DNA of 60,341 bases, filler included, from Globobulimina sp. (taxonomy: Eukaryota): assembly GCA_003354225.1 (NCBI GenBank). It is 13 parts of 13 records of this genome, joined end to end, with 100 filler letters (N's around TTAATTAATTAA, not from the genome) between each part and the next. Parts side by side here need not be neighbours in the genome. Positions count along the whole stretch, not along the records: positions 32,562 to 37,109 come from PIVH01001132.1; positions 37,210 to 41,756 come from PIVH01001133.1; positions 41,857 to 46,403 come from PIVH01001134.1; 10 more parts are not named here. The stretch is one strand, 5' to 3'. The notes under the pieces are model-generated. The model searched no databases. It had not been told where the DNA came from and worked only from the letters and a program-made list of their open reading frames with translations. Below are positions 33,166-44,740 of the stretch, in pieces; the stretch's first letter is position 1; every line of letters starts with the position of its first letter. The position numbers and the translations under genes are program-made.

Positions 33166-34398
33166 TTATCTTTGATGCAGATACTGTAACCACGGAAAAG
33201 ATTTGGATATATCGCGTATTGGAACTGGTTTTGTAATAATACCAAACTGTTCCCACTCATTTCTATTCACTTGGATGCCCTCTTCATTTACAACCCGAAC
33301 AATCTCAATTTGTATACTTATTACTATGATTTCTCCGTTCTTTACATTTCTCAAATCCGTTATTTTAAAGTGCTCACTTCCTGGCCATGCCGCACAATTA
33401 TCCCTATAATGCATAGTTTGACCCATTTGTTGGTGCATAATCTCCTTTAATGGCAATGGCAAATGACACTTCATTGTAAAATTTATTTCAATCTCTTTAA
33501 TTTTCGGAGGTAAGTTTAATAAAACAATGCCAATATAAACTTTATCATTCATACAATAATTATAACCATGCGGTGCCACATACAAACACCACGCAAAGTT
33601 ATCTCCATTTTCTTCGTTTCCGTCCAATCCAAAATTCGGAGAATACCAATATTTGCCAAAGTGACTGCGTTTAAATTCTTGCAATAAATGGTTTATGTTC
33701 CATGAATACTTGATTTGTGAGTACATTGTAATGGGTCTAAAATGAGTATTTCTTAAAATATACAATGACAATGACTCATATTTAGGTTTATCATTAATGA
33801 ATGGATTTATTTTACCGTTTTTGCGAATGGATTTCTTGTAATTTATTTTAAAAATATCCACATAAATATCAAATGAAAACGAGTGCAAATTAATGCATTC
33901 TTTCACTCGCAAATTATAAGCCGGCCACGACATTTCATCACCGATTTCATTTAATATTTTGGTATCTTTTTCAGACGAATGTGTTTCATGGCAACTTACC
34001 TCGTAATATGCTATAATGGATTGAATGTTGTCTCTGTGGCTTTGATGCATTGCTTTTAAGCGTATTTGAAATTGAATAAATTGTCCGCCAGACACAGAGT
34101 TTACAGACGCAATATTGCACTCAAACTGTAATCCGCGAATTGTAAATATTGGTCCTGGTAATATTTCATTATCATAATTCCAAGCATCTGCACTCTGACT
34201 CTGTTCCGCTTTATTTTGAAATAACATAAATTCGTTATGGCTTATTTTCCATGTTATTGAGTCTTTGGAGTAATTATAAAATAATTGCATTATCTCATGT
34301 GGCATATGTGGAGGATATGTTTGATGAATATAACCAAATACCAACATCTTACGGGAACTCAATGCGTTCTTATCCTGTTGAATAAAAGCAAACGACAT
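33166..34398 (-). CDS. Protein with an N-terminal LVxGY motif and two MATH/TRAF-like beta-sandwich domains
   Basis: MLVFGYIH..MPHEIMQLFYNY, then ITWKIS..GPIFTIRGLQF and YSWNIN..YSPNFG..WCLYVAPHG..VYIGIVL. Confidence 0.65.
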   Translation of the reverse strand: MSFAFIQQDKNALSSRKMLVFGYIHQTYPPHMPHEIMQLFYNYSKDSITWKISHNEFMLFQNKAEQSQSADAWNYDNEILPGPIFTIRGLQFECNIASVNSVSGGQFIQFQIRLKAMHQSHRDNIQSIIAYYEVSCHETHSSEKDTKILNEIGDEMSWPAYNLRVKECINLHSFSFDIYVDIFKINYKKSIRKNGKINPFINDKPKYESLSLYILRNTHFRPITMYSQIKYSWNINHLLQEFKRSHFGKYWYSPNFGLDGNEENGDNFAWCLYVAPHGYNYCMNDKVYIGIVLLNLPPKIKEIEINFTMKCHLPLPLKEIMHQQMGQTMHYRDNCAAWPGSEHFKITDLRNVKNGEIIVISIQIEIVRVVNEEGIQVNRNEWEQFGIITKPVPIRDISKSFPWLQYLHQR

Positions 34399-34454
34399 TT
34401 GATTTAACGTGTAATACTAAACTGAAAAAAAAAACTTTTCAAACCTGGTCGAAC

Positions 34455-35967
34455 ATGGCGCTCAAACGGACACTTGATGCGTTTTTGGAGTCTGATAATG
34501 GTACATTACATACTTTTGTTTATATAAATGATTTGTTGTAATTTGCATATTTATATAGATAATGATGACGATGATGCACCCCTTCATAAAAAAAGCAAGA
34601 TTGAAAATAAATTGTACATTGTGCATATTGGACCATTTGCTTTGTCAACGTCGGAAGCAGATATTCGAAGATTTGTATTCCGTAATAAATCGTACATGCC
34701 ATGCGATGTCGTGATGCAAATCAGAAAGAAACAAATATTTGCCTTTATTGCTTATAAATCTTTGTCAAATGCACTGGGAATAGCCAATAATTATAAATTG
34801 AAAAGAAAAAAGGTTTGCGAACTGGTTGGAAATGATTATAACAAATATTGCAAATTATTGTATGATCGCTCATTATTTTCAGATAAAACACATTGGATTC
34901 AATTATTTGGCATAACACAAAAGAATTTGACAAATAAAGAGGAACAAAATTGGATTACAAAGTTATTGAAATGGGAGTATAATAAGACTGATTTCAATAT
35001 TTTGAATATAAGAACCTTTCACAATGTTCGATATCCGGCAATGTCCGGTTTTGCATTCATTCAAATTGAAAACAATGGCAATTATCAAACCACTCAAGAA
35101 TTAATCACTCATTTTCGAGACAAATGGATAAATGACACACAATTTAAATATTGGCTCGATTTTGCAAACCCAAAAACTAATTTTATTATCACAGTAAATG
35201 GCGATTCGAATTCGAATCAAGTTTCAAAACAATTAATTTTTAGCAATTTATATTGGAAAACAAGCAAAACGTTGCTTGGCAAACATATTTGTTGTTTGTT
35301 GGGGAATGATTTTAATAATTTGCAATGTGTAAAAATCAAAGTGAATGCGACGGCGAATGGATATCCCAACGGAAATGGCATTGTTTCATTTGAGTCAATC
35401 GATGATGCAAAATTAGTGCAAACTGTTTGTGATGGAACGCAGTTATTCGATCAAGTAATTTCAGTCAGATTTTATGCAGAGGAGACAATGAAAGTTGTTT
35501 GCACCGAAAAGAAAGTCACATTTGTCGCTGATATCGATAATGAGGTCGATGTCGACAGTGATATGGACAGTGAGATCGAGGAAGATGTTCAAACACAGAT
35601 TCATGATCAGACCGACAGTGAGTATGAGAGTGAGAGTGATATGGAGAATGAGAGTGAGTTTGAGAGTGACTTTGAGAGTGAGAGTGACTTTGAAAGTGAG
35701 GAAGAGTCAGGAATTGGATTAAAAGATAGAGATATTTTAAGTTTATGGAAATGGAACAATCCAAACAGGAAAATACCGCATGGTTTGTTATCTAAAAAAG
35801 AAAGGGGACCGAAAGCAAAGAGGAAAGAGAATTGGTTGACCGGATGGAAGAAAAGAGAGAGAATCGCAGGAAAGGATAAATTCTGGATACGTTCAGGCAA
35901 ATTAGTCCATGCGTCACAAAGATGGAGAGATAGAGCACAAAAGAAAAGTCAGAAAATAAAGTTTTAA
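34455..35967 (+). CDS. Multi-RRM RNA-binding protein with acidic and basic tail; intron 34501-34558
   Basis: Exon 1 MALKRTLDAFLESDN. RNP-like motifs VHIGPF..FAFIAY, SGFAFIQI and LIFSNL..GNGIVSFESIDDA. ESEF/ESDF acidic repeat, K/R-rich end. Confidence 0.8.
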
Positions 35968-36041
35968 AATGTTGATTTTCTGTAGTCAGACAATGTTTTT
36001 TAGGCTAAAGTACATGGCGTTACTTCAATATTCTTAAAAAA

Positions 36042-37109
36042 TCACTTCAAATGCTCCAATATAAAATCAGCACCCCGCACAGCACAATAATGAGCTTCAA
36101 CATAGCACCTTTGAAATAAGCACCAGGTGTGCATCATATTTGGCTCAATATCAACTCTCACACTAACACCGGCTTCATGCGCTTTAGTGGCGGCAGTTAT
36201 TGTATCCTGAAACAACATTTCTGTGGCACCCACCATAAAATACAATGGACATAAACCGTTCCAATTTCCATACAATGCTGAATATATTTTATTTTTTAAA
36301 TCGTTATTATTCCCCGTTATATTTCCATCAATATCCATATTACCCACATTTAATTGCGACTGACTCTCCGTTGGATCCCATGTCAGCAACGCATCATAAT
36401 CGCTGTTCCGTTGCCATGATTCATATTTATTTTCCAAGTTAGTCCACGGCGAATTAACCTAAAACCCACACAATAAAATAAATTGCCAACCAATTAACAC
36501 AAAACATTCATACCCAACAACTTGACGGCAACGCAATGTTATTCTCATTCAGATTTTGAAGCATCAACAACGCCAAACCTCCTCCAGCACTCTCGCCCAT
36601 TACACACATTTTCGAAGGTGATACTCGTAAGTCAGTGAGCAAATATTTATAAACAGCAACGACATCTTCCACAGCTGCAGGCAATGGATTTTCTGGACAC
36701 AAACGATAATCAATACTCAAACAGACACAGCCAGTCAGCTTTGATAACAATGAGCATAACGCATATTGCATTGGTGGCGAACCAGCGGTAAATCCACCAC
36801 CATGGAGGCCAATGATGAGTCCATTTTCTATGCAAGAGCCATAATATTCGATCCAATGACATTTGATTTTATCAGGTGTCAGTTCTTCAATTTTAATGAT
36901 TGTATAATCAGGGTATTGTGGAGTAGTCACAACGCAGGCATTATCACAGAGTTTCCGAAAACTTGTTACTCTCTTTGATGAATATGGTTTGAGAAACCGT
37001 TTTTTAGTCCGTTCCTTAGCACCAAATATTAATGAATCATACACAATGTATCGATTGGTTGGTTTTGTATGGGGCAACATACGAATAAATGGATATAATT
37101 TTTTATTTG
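36042..37109 (-). CDS. Hormone-sensitive-lipase family alpha/beta hydrolase; intron 36459-36513; probably 5'-partial
   Basis: LHGGGF, IDYRLCPENPLPAAVED, GESAGG, spliced CW/VNSPWTNL, VGATEML and NMMHTW. Confidence 0.92.
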
Positions 37110-37209
37110 NNNNNNNNNNNNNNNNNNNNNNNNNNNNNNNNNNNNNNNNNNNNTTAATTAATTAANNNNNNNNNNNNNNNNNNNNNNNNNNNNNNNNNNN
37201 NNNNNNNNN

Positions 37210-40200
37210 ACTATGTCATCTACATTGTCCATATGCAGGTCCATTTGCGCCTGTATCTTGTGGTCCCAGAAGAAAGTGTACGGTTCTGCATAACATGGAT
37301 ACGGTTGATGAGAGAGCTTTACGGGGTCTTCTTTAGAGAAGAATGCGCGAATGTTGGACGAATTTGATAAGTTTTATAAGCAGAAATATTGCACGAAAAT
37401 CCATCAACAAGTCCTGGATATTATTAATGCGTTGGGCAGCTTTGTAGGCGACGGGAATGCCGAAGCGGTGCGATATGCGCTGTTAAGTGGCAAAAGTGAG
37501 GAGGATGACGACGACGATGATATGTACGCCACGTGGCGGGATTTGATCTTTGAAAATGTGGAAAAAGAGGTGAAATTATTGCTGACTGAACATGCCAACG
37601 GGATTTTAAAAATTAAGGAAGAGACCCGGAAGAAATTAATCACAGCGGATAGTGCGGCTGATAAAAATGACGCGATTTCGAAAGTTAACGCGGAGGAAGA
37701 AATTGAAACTCGTCAGCAGCAGAATAAGACTATTGAAGCGTGGTATGATTTGTACATCGAGTCGTTGCGGGAGTATAAACAAGATATTTATGGATTTTCG
37801 TCCATGTCAAGTCGGAAGACCACGAAACGGCAGGCTCAGAGGGTATGTTATGTGTGCCATGGTTTTTAAATGTTTTTTTTTTTACTTAAGTGAAGGCTTA
37901 CTTTGCATTGTAATGTCGCAAAATGTTTATTTAAGCCGTTTGGTGCTGATATATGATGTTTTATGTGTTTTTTTAACAGCAAATACGGGATAAATTTGAT
38001 TTGGAAAAGCAACAATTAGGCGAAGAATTAGCAGGTAAAATTGCGGCGCAGCAAGACAAGAAAGATAAGAATAAAATGAGCAGTATCACTTTGTCCAAAT
38101 ATAAGTATACCAAAAACATATTACTCTCGAAAAAAAAAGAAGAATTTTATTACATTACCTACTTAATTCCAGTCATAATTCCACCGAGTTATTATTTACA
38201 ATTTACCAGCATCGATTTACCAGATTTCGACCAAAATATCCGTACTTCAATTATGCGAAACATGCAATATGAAATCGCACAAACTGAAGACATAATATTC
38301 CATGAAATGTTGAGTAGCGGCGAGACCATAATGTTCATACAATCGCTCAACGAAGAAACCAAACAATCCGAGACCAAAATCATCGCTTCCAATTCGCGTA
38401 TATTATCCTTTGAAACTTCGCCATTGAAAGTCTTGAAAAAAAAGAAAGTGATTTTGGTGGCTTTCTGCGAGGCGCAGAAGATTTTTTGCATTCTGTTTCA
38501 AGGCCACTTGGCTTTTTGCGTATTTCAAGATGGCGGACGCATATCGTTCACGAATAAGATGTGCGATTTGCATGACTTAGCGTGGTATAACAAAACCGTT
38601 AATTTCCGCGCATTGTTAATGGCTGAAATCAATAAGAATTTATTCGTGTATTTGATTGACGAGTACAACAAAGTTCGTGTGTTTGACTATGACGCGAATT
38701 GTTGGGACACCGCCAAGCAATTCGAGTTGGACAAACCGTACAAACGGTACATAATCCCGCCAACGGGCTCGTTTTTGTTGTGCATGAAGCCAGAATATGG
38801 CAGCAATAATTACGACTTTGATGAGGATTTTGATACGGACTCTGACGCTGAGTATAAATCCGACGATGAGAAAGTATCTGATATCGAACAAGCCAAATTG
38901 GATTTAATTACGCTGAAAACGTGCATGGATTCGGTGAAATTGTCGCAACCGAAAGTATTTACCGGCACCGCCGGCTACAAATCGATATTTTCGTTCACCG
39001 ACTCACGAGATACCGAATGGAGTTTGGTTACGTATGTGAATAAAGTCAATGAGTTGGTTCGGGTCATGATTGAATATAAAAACGCCAAGAAAAACGCGGC
39101 GACCGTCACCTTGGCGTTCCATGATTGGCCAAAGTTGTACGGCAAGCTACGACACGATAAGTTGAAGGACATCCAGACTCCGAGTGGCAGGGTCGAAGTG
39201 CATGCGTTTTTATTGAGTGAGCGGAGGAAATTGGAGTACACAGTGACGGATAAATCGATGACCGGCTATGAAATGGATCAGAATCAGAAGGGCAAGACGG
39301 TGGACAATACGTTGTTGCCGACGAGTTTTAGCATTTATAATATGGACTTAAATCGCATCAAGTTTCAGGAGATCAAGAAAGGACAACTCACCGTCTGTTG
39401 TATCGATATCCACAATCAACTATATTACCATTTATTGGATGTGCAAATCTCGGAAGCCAGGTATTTTCCGCATTTTTTGTGTGCAGTCCGGTGTTAAAAA
39501 GCAAAAACAAACAGAATGAAGATCCAACATCAAAAAAAGGCGAGCGCCAAACGCAAAATTACGAAATTGGATTATATGTAATATATGATTGAAAAATTTG
39601 GGTCCCGCGCCGCTGTGCACTTTCCTGTCGACGCCATATTGGCGTTGCATACAACATATATCCTAAAAGACGACGACTATGCGAGCAATGGCGAGGATTT
39701 GCAGGCGTTATGCAACAACATTGCCGATACCATTTGCGAGTCGTTGATTGAGAAAGAAAGCAAAGATTTCAAATTCTTCAATTGGCAGTGCAATGCATTG
39801 AAATTCGGCGACACCACCTCGGCCGTTGACATCCTAAAAGCGATCGGCAATAAACAGCAATCCTTTGCCGGCGACGCCTTCATCCAAAGTCTGATCACGC
39901 AGCTCCCCATTCAGATCGCGCGCGGCGCCAACAACAAATTCCAACTCCAATACAATGGCTCCGACGACCAGACCAATTACATCAAAGCCAACGACGCCTA
40001 CGAGCTATGTAAGGAGATCCGGTGGGGAGCGTACGACGGATTGATCAAGTCCTGGGAGGGCAGCATCAAAATCGTGACCTCGATGGGCAAGCAATCCACG
40101 GGAAAGTCGTATATGTTGAACCATTTATTTGGCACAAAATTCGACATTTCTGGCGGACGCTGCACCGACGGCTCGTGGCTGTCGTGCAAGATCATCAAGG

Positions 40201-41756
40201 ACACTCTGTTCATAATCTGCGATTTCGAGGGTCTGGGCTCATTCGAGCGGTCGGCGCAGGAAGACATGTTATTGGCCACTTTCAACTCGGCGGTGAGTAA
40301 CTGCACCATCTTCAAATGCGACAACCGCTTCGACCGCACCGTGGAAGACATGTTCAATAAGTTCCAGTCCGGCGTGAAAATAATGAGTGGCTCCGCCTTG
40401 TGCTTCCAGGGCGAGCTGTTGTTAGTGATCAAGGACGTGGTGGAAACTGGCGCAGAGGCGGCGGTGGCGGACTTTAATCGGCATATCGAGCGCTTGGCGC
40501 AAGAGTCGGATGTGATTATCAATGACCGCGGCAAGAAGGAGTCGTCCTTTTTCGTGACGCAAATGTACAAAAACGGCTTGTCGTTGGTGCCCTATCCGCC
40601 GTTGGCCAATGACGCCTTTTTCACGGAGATGCAGTTGACTTTGAAGCCGGCCTTCGACGACATCGAGGTGCTGCATTCCGGCGGGAAGCAGTTCTTGGAC
40701 CACGTCAAGCTGATCATGGCCAAGTTGAACATCGGAGACTGGAGCGCCATGAGCGGCGAACAAGCGCGGATTCGGGCAAACGAAATCCGCGCAAACCTGC
40801 AAAACGCAGTGGAAGCGGGCTGCATTATACAACCAACGACGTCCGATTACGGCGTCACTTTCGAGGTGGACGACGACCAAAACTTGCTGCTGTTGGACGG
40901 CAACAAAGTGATTGGCATCGAGTTGAAGGCCGACATTCTGCCCCAAATCAAAAACTATCAGGAAGTGATGGATGAGTACAGCTCGGTGGTCGGCGACGAG
41001 AAAGTGGAGGCGAAGTTGCTTGATATCATCGACGGGCTCTCCGACGCCGGCTTGATTTTGGGCAAAGTGGAGTCGCTAAAGTTTTTATGGCAGCAATTCA
41101 GCTCAAAGATCAAGCGCAAGCACAGCAATTCCAAGCTGTTGACCAATTTATACCAGCTCTTCTTGGACGTGATGTTGGTTCGCAGGAAGGTGCGCGTCGG
41201 CAAATACATCGTGGACAACACCGACAAGTTCGGCGACGTGGACGAGACCGACTCGTTACGCGAGGCTGCCGACAGCCGTTTGAATGTGATCCGCGACAAA
41301 ATGAAGTTGTGCCGCGCCAAATGCGCCGACTGTTTCTACCTTTGTCTGCTGTGCAAGAACCACGAGGACGACGAGGAGGAGAAAGCGAGCCACCATTCTT
41401 GTAATCAGAGCAACCATTCGTGTCGCGAGTATTGCACGTACTGTTTGGCGGAGAGCGGCCATCGCATTTCGTGTGGCGACAAATGCGGACATGCGGGGAA
41501 GCACAACTGCAGGAAACAAAAGCATGCCTGCGGCAAAACGTGCTCTTTGGCCAAGTACGGTGGCTGCCAAACTCACTGCAATCTCGCGTTCGGACACAAC
41601 AAAAATCAGCAGCCCTGTAAGTGTGCCGCCGCCGCGCATTTTTGCGTCGAAAAGTGCGCGATTGCAATGTGCCACAATGGCTGCCAGATGCCGTACAATC
41701 AGAAGCATGGCGCGCATCTTTGTGTGCAGTCGTACTGTCCGTATAAGTGCGAGGTG
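37210..41756 (+). CDS. Very large VLIG-type P-loop GTPase with a Cys/His-rich repeat region; introns 37843-37979 and 39461-39514; in-frame TAA at 39579-39581; partial at both ends
   Basis: G1 SMGKQSTGKSYMLNHLFGTKF, G2 GGRCTDG and G3 DFEGLGSFERSAQED. Downstream C-x3-C / GHxGxH repeats (NFX1-like). Splicing puts ORFs 37351, 38001 and 39585 in one reading frame apart from the single stop. Confidence 0.8.
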
Positions 41757-41856
41757 NNNNNNNNNNNNNNNNNNNNNNNNNNNNNNNNNNNNNNNNNNNN
41801 TTAATTAATTAANNNNNNNNNNNNNNNNNNNNNNNNNNNNNNNNNNNNNNNNNNNN

Positions 41857-43100
41857 GACCTGTGGCATAGATCTGCAACAATTTAAAAATAAACTAAAAA
41901 AACCAAAAGGAGTTAGTATAGGTTTATTATGTCAATTTGGCATATTGCCAGTCTCATCATTTTTAGTTGCTTTATTCTTGGATGATTTATTTGAGGCATT
42001 CACCCAGCCACAAGGTGTTGCATTGATAATATTAGGATCATGCCCTGGTGGCAATGTATCAAATATATTTTGCTTTTTATGGAATGCGGATTTATCATTA
42101 AGGTATTACATGAAGTAAACACTGGAATGTATATACATGATAATACGGAATAGATTCCATTGTTTAATTCCTGTACCACCTTATAAGCATTGCCATGACC
42201 ACCGCCAGCTCCATTCTTTCATTTGCTTTTCTCACTGCAAACTGCGCCATTTATATACCGATATATTCGAAAGGTACAATATATTTTAATATGTTTCCAA
42301 TGTTATTCTATTACGCATACACAGGAGACACTGCAACCATCGATTATGTAAGTTTGGCATTCTCCGTAGCTATGGTAATAAGTGGTATTTGTGTTGGTTT
42401 TCTAGCGGCATATTACGAGAATAAAAGAATGAAAAAAATACTGGGTGTGGCTGGTTTCGTGGCAACCGGTTATATGATATGGCAGGCACTATTTGGAAAT
42501 GCTACGGGTTCCGCACCAATTTGGGTGTTGTCTTGGCAAATATGGATGGCGCCAATAATATTATGTAGCATTGCATGGATATTGTCATTAGTGATCTCGA
42601 TAATATTCAAATTGCCGAAGAAATCTGTACTAACTGTTTGCTTTGAAAGTGCAAATCAAAACAGTGTGCTATCGGCAGCCATAATATATTTAAGTTTAGA
42701 TGAATATGCTGATTCTGACATCGATTTAGCGATTGGAATACCGATAATGTACACCATTGTTGCTATATTGTTTAATGGTTTGTGTGGTCTCATATCGTGT
42801 CAATTAAAATGGGTCAATTGTAAGCCACCGGATCATGCGGACAATGAGGAAACTAATGGAGAGGATGATAGTTCATTAACATTAAGTGTTTTTATTTATA
42901 AATATCGGCAATGGAGAGCAAACAAGCGAGCTACGAAATTATTGAGCGGTCCGAAATTATTAAGTGAAGAGGATATTGATTATGGTGGCATGCGGATGCG
43001 CACAAATGGGAGTATTGTGATGACATTGGAACATGCAAAGTCTAGTCTTGATAATGAAATAGAGAAAAGTAGTGATGAGAAAATAATTCAGAGCCTGTGA
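41857..43100 (+). CDS. Bile acid:sodium symporter (SLC10/BASS) family transporter; introns 42103-42187 and 42274-42324; 5'-partial
   Basis: KKPKGVSIGLLCQFGILP, GSCPGGNVSNIF, ADLSLS/IAMTTASS and TVCFESANQN. Confidence 0.9.
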
Positions 43101-43186
43101 TAATTAATGTTTTGTGTTATAGTCTGACCACAGTACCTTTTTTATCGAGCTTGTTGAAAAACACTTTTTATATTTTCTACGCCTGA

Positions 43187-44677
43187 ATGTCATACGCAGC
43201 TTCCAAACGTCGGGCAATTATCATACTCTTATTGTCAGTCTGGACAGTAATAATATTAATATTACAAATAACTAGAAAAGCGTCGAGTGTATGGAGAAAT
43301 GGAAAAGCGTTGGAGAAGCCTATCAAAGCTAGTAATGAAGAAACTGTAGTCAATCTTCACGCAATTCTTGATATTTATATGGACAAATTCTCTCAATTGA
43401 TACTAAAAAATAACGCTAACTGGCATGCGCGAGATGGTGATGATAACAATCTCAATAAATACGAATATAAACGTATTTCAAAACAATTTATTATTGATAC
43501 AATGTCAAACAAAAGAATATTATTTTTTGGTGATTCTCAGAATTATTATTTGGCAGCATACATTATTCATGTTTTATATCTTTGCATCGAGAAAGCATAC
43601 ATAGTCTTTGACAATGATACATTGTGTCCTTCATTTTGCACGCATTTAAATTTAAATCAACCATCCATGGTTTTAACACCTTGTGTTATCTCTATGTTAA
43701 ACCAACGAAAAGTATTCGTTCAAATACTTTCCAATATAAATAATACGGAGTCTGTTTTATTATACAATAATTTTGGAGTCGGAGTGAAAAATTCAACCAT
43801 TGTTTTTGAGAAATATAATCTGACCATATCACTGTATTACATGTGGTCCCAATTGTATTCGCATGCTCATTCAGTACATTATAGGCTTACAGATTTGGAG
43901 CAGTTTACAATTAATAACAATTATTCATATGATATTATCATAAATAATTTGCTTATCACACATTTAATTTTTAAAGATCTACCAAAATGTGGTTCAAATT
44001 GTAATTTTGGATTATCTGTACAACACAACTTGGAATATATTTTGGAGGCAATGATCAAAACCAAAAACGATGATCAATGTTATTTGTTCGGTCCAGTAAA
44101 TCCGCGGTATAGCGGCAGCGCTGAATCATTGTGTCGAGGTTTTTGTGCTCTGCAGAAGCAATTACTCGATTTCCTCAATATAAGCACACAAATGATAGCC
44201 AACAAAAGAGATATCGCATCGCCTTATATTGGAAGTGCCTGGCTCGCAAATATGAAATATATGAATGAACAGGTTTTACTTTCGCAAAATAGTAAATTGT
44301 TGAATAAAATCAAAGAGATATCGATGGATGACATTGAAAGTAAAACATTGCCGCTGTATAAAATAGATAAATGCATTAGAAATATAAGGGATAATTTAAA
44401 AATAATAGGTGAAAATAGAAACGTTAGTTTAAAATATGCTGCATTTTCATGTATTATGTATCAAGAAGAACTGCAATGGAATTTGTATTCAAATAGAATT
44501 CAACACTTTATTCAACATATGGTGCCAAACAAAAAAATATATTACCTTAATCAGTATAAATTATATTGGACCATAGCTAGACACAATATTTCTCAATTTG
44601 GTGATACAACACATTTGCAAGGATTGATTCCGGTGGCTTGGACAAACATTCTCAATAAAATTGACAAAGGTTGTTGA
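43187..44677 (+). CDS. Type II membrane SGNH/PC-esterase-like protein (putative glycan O-acyltransferase or esterase)
   Basis: N-terminal TM anchor, KRILFFGDS motif and C-terminal GDTTH (DxxH). Confidence 0.65.
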   Translation: MSYAASKRRAIIILLLSVWTVIILILQITRKASSVWRNGKALEKPIKASNEETVVNLHAILDIYMDKFSQLILKNNANWHARDGDDNNLNKYEYKRISKQFIIDTMSNKRILFFGDSQNYYLAAYIIHVLYLCIEKAYIVFDNDTLCPSFCTHLNLNQPSMVLTPCVISMLNQRKVFVQILSNINNTESVLLYNNFGVGVKNSTIVFEKYNLTISLYYMWSQLYSHAHSVHYRLTDLEQFTINNNYSYDIIINNLLITHLIFKDLPKCGSNCNFGLSVQHNLEYILEAMIKTKNDDQCYLFGPVNPRYSGSAESLCRGFCALQKQLLDFLNISTQMIANKRDIASPYIGSAWLANMKYMNEQVLLSQNSKLLNKIKEISMDDIESKTLPLYKIDKCIRNIRDNLKIIGENRNVSLKYAAFSCIMYQEELQWNLYSNRIQHFIQHMVPNKKIYYLNQYKLYWTIARHNISQFGDTTHLQGLIPVAWTNILNKIDKGC

Positions 44678-44740
44678 CTTACTAGCTCACTTCAAGAAAA
44701 TCTTAAAATCAGAGTTCTCATCTCAGTCAAATTTATTATC

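Noticed and set aside
39579-39581. Ciliate-type TAA reassignment
   Set aside because: Many genes here terminate at TAA or TAG, and long ORFs otherwise lack in-frame stops.
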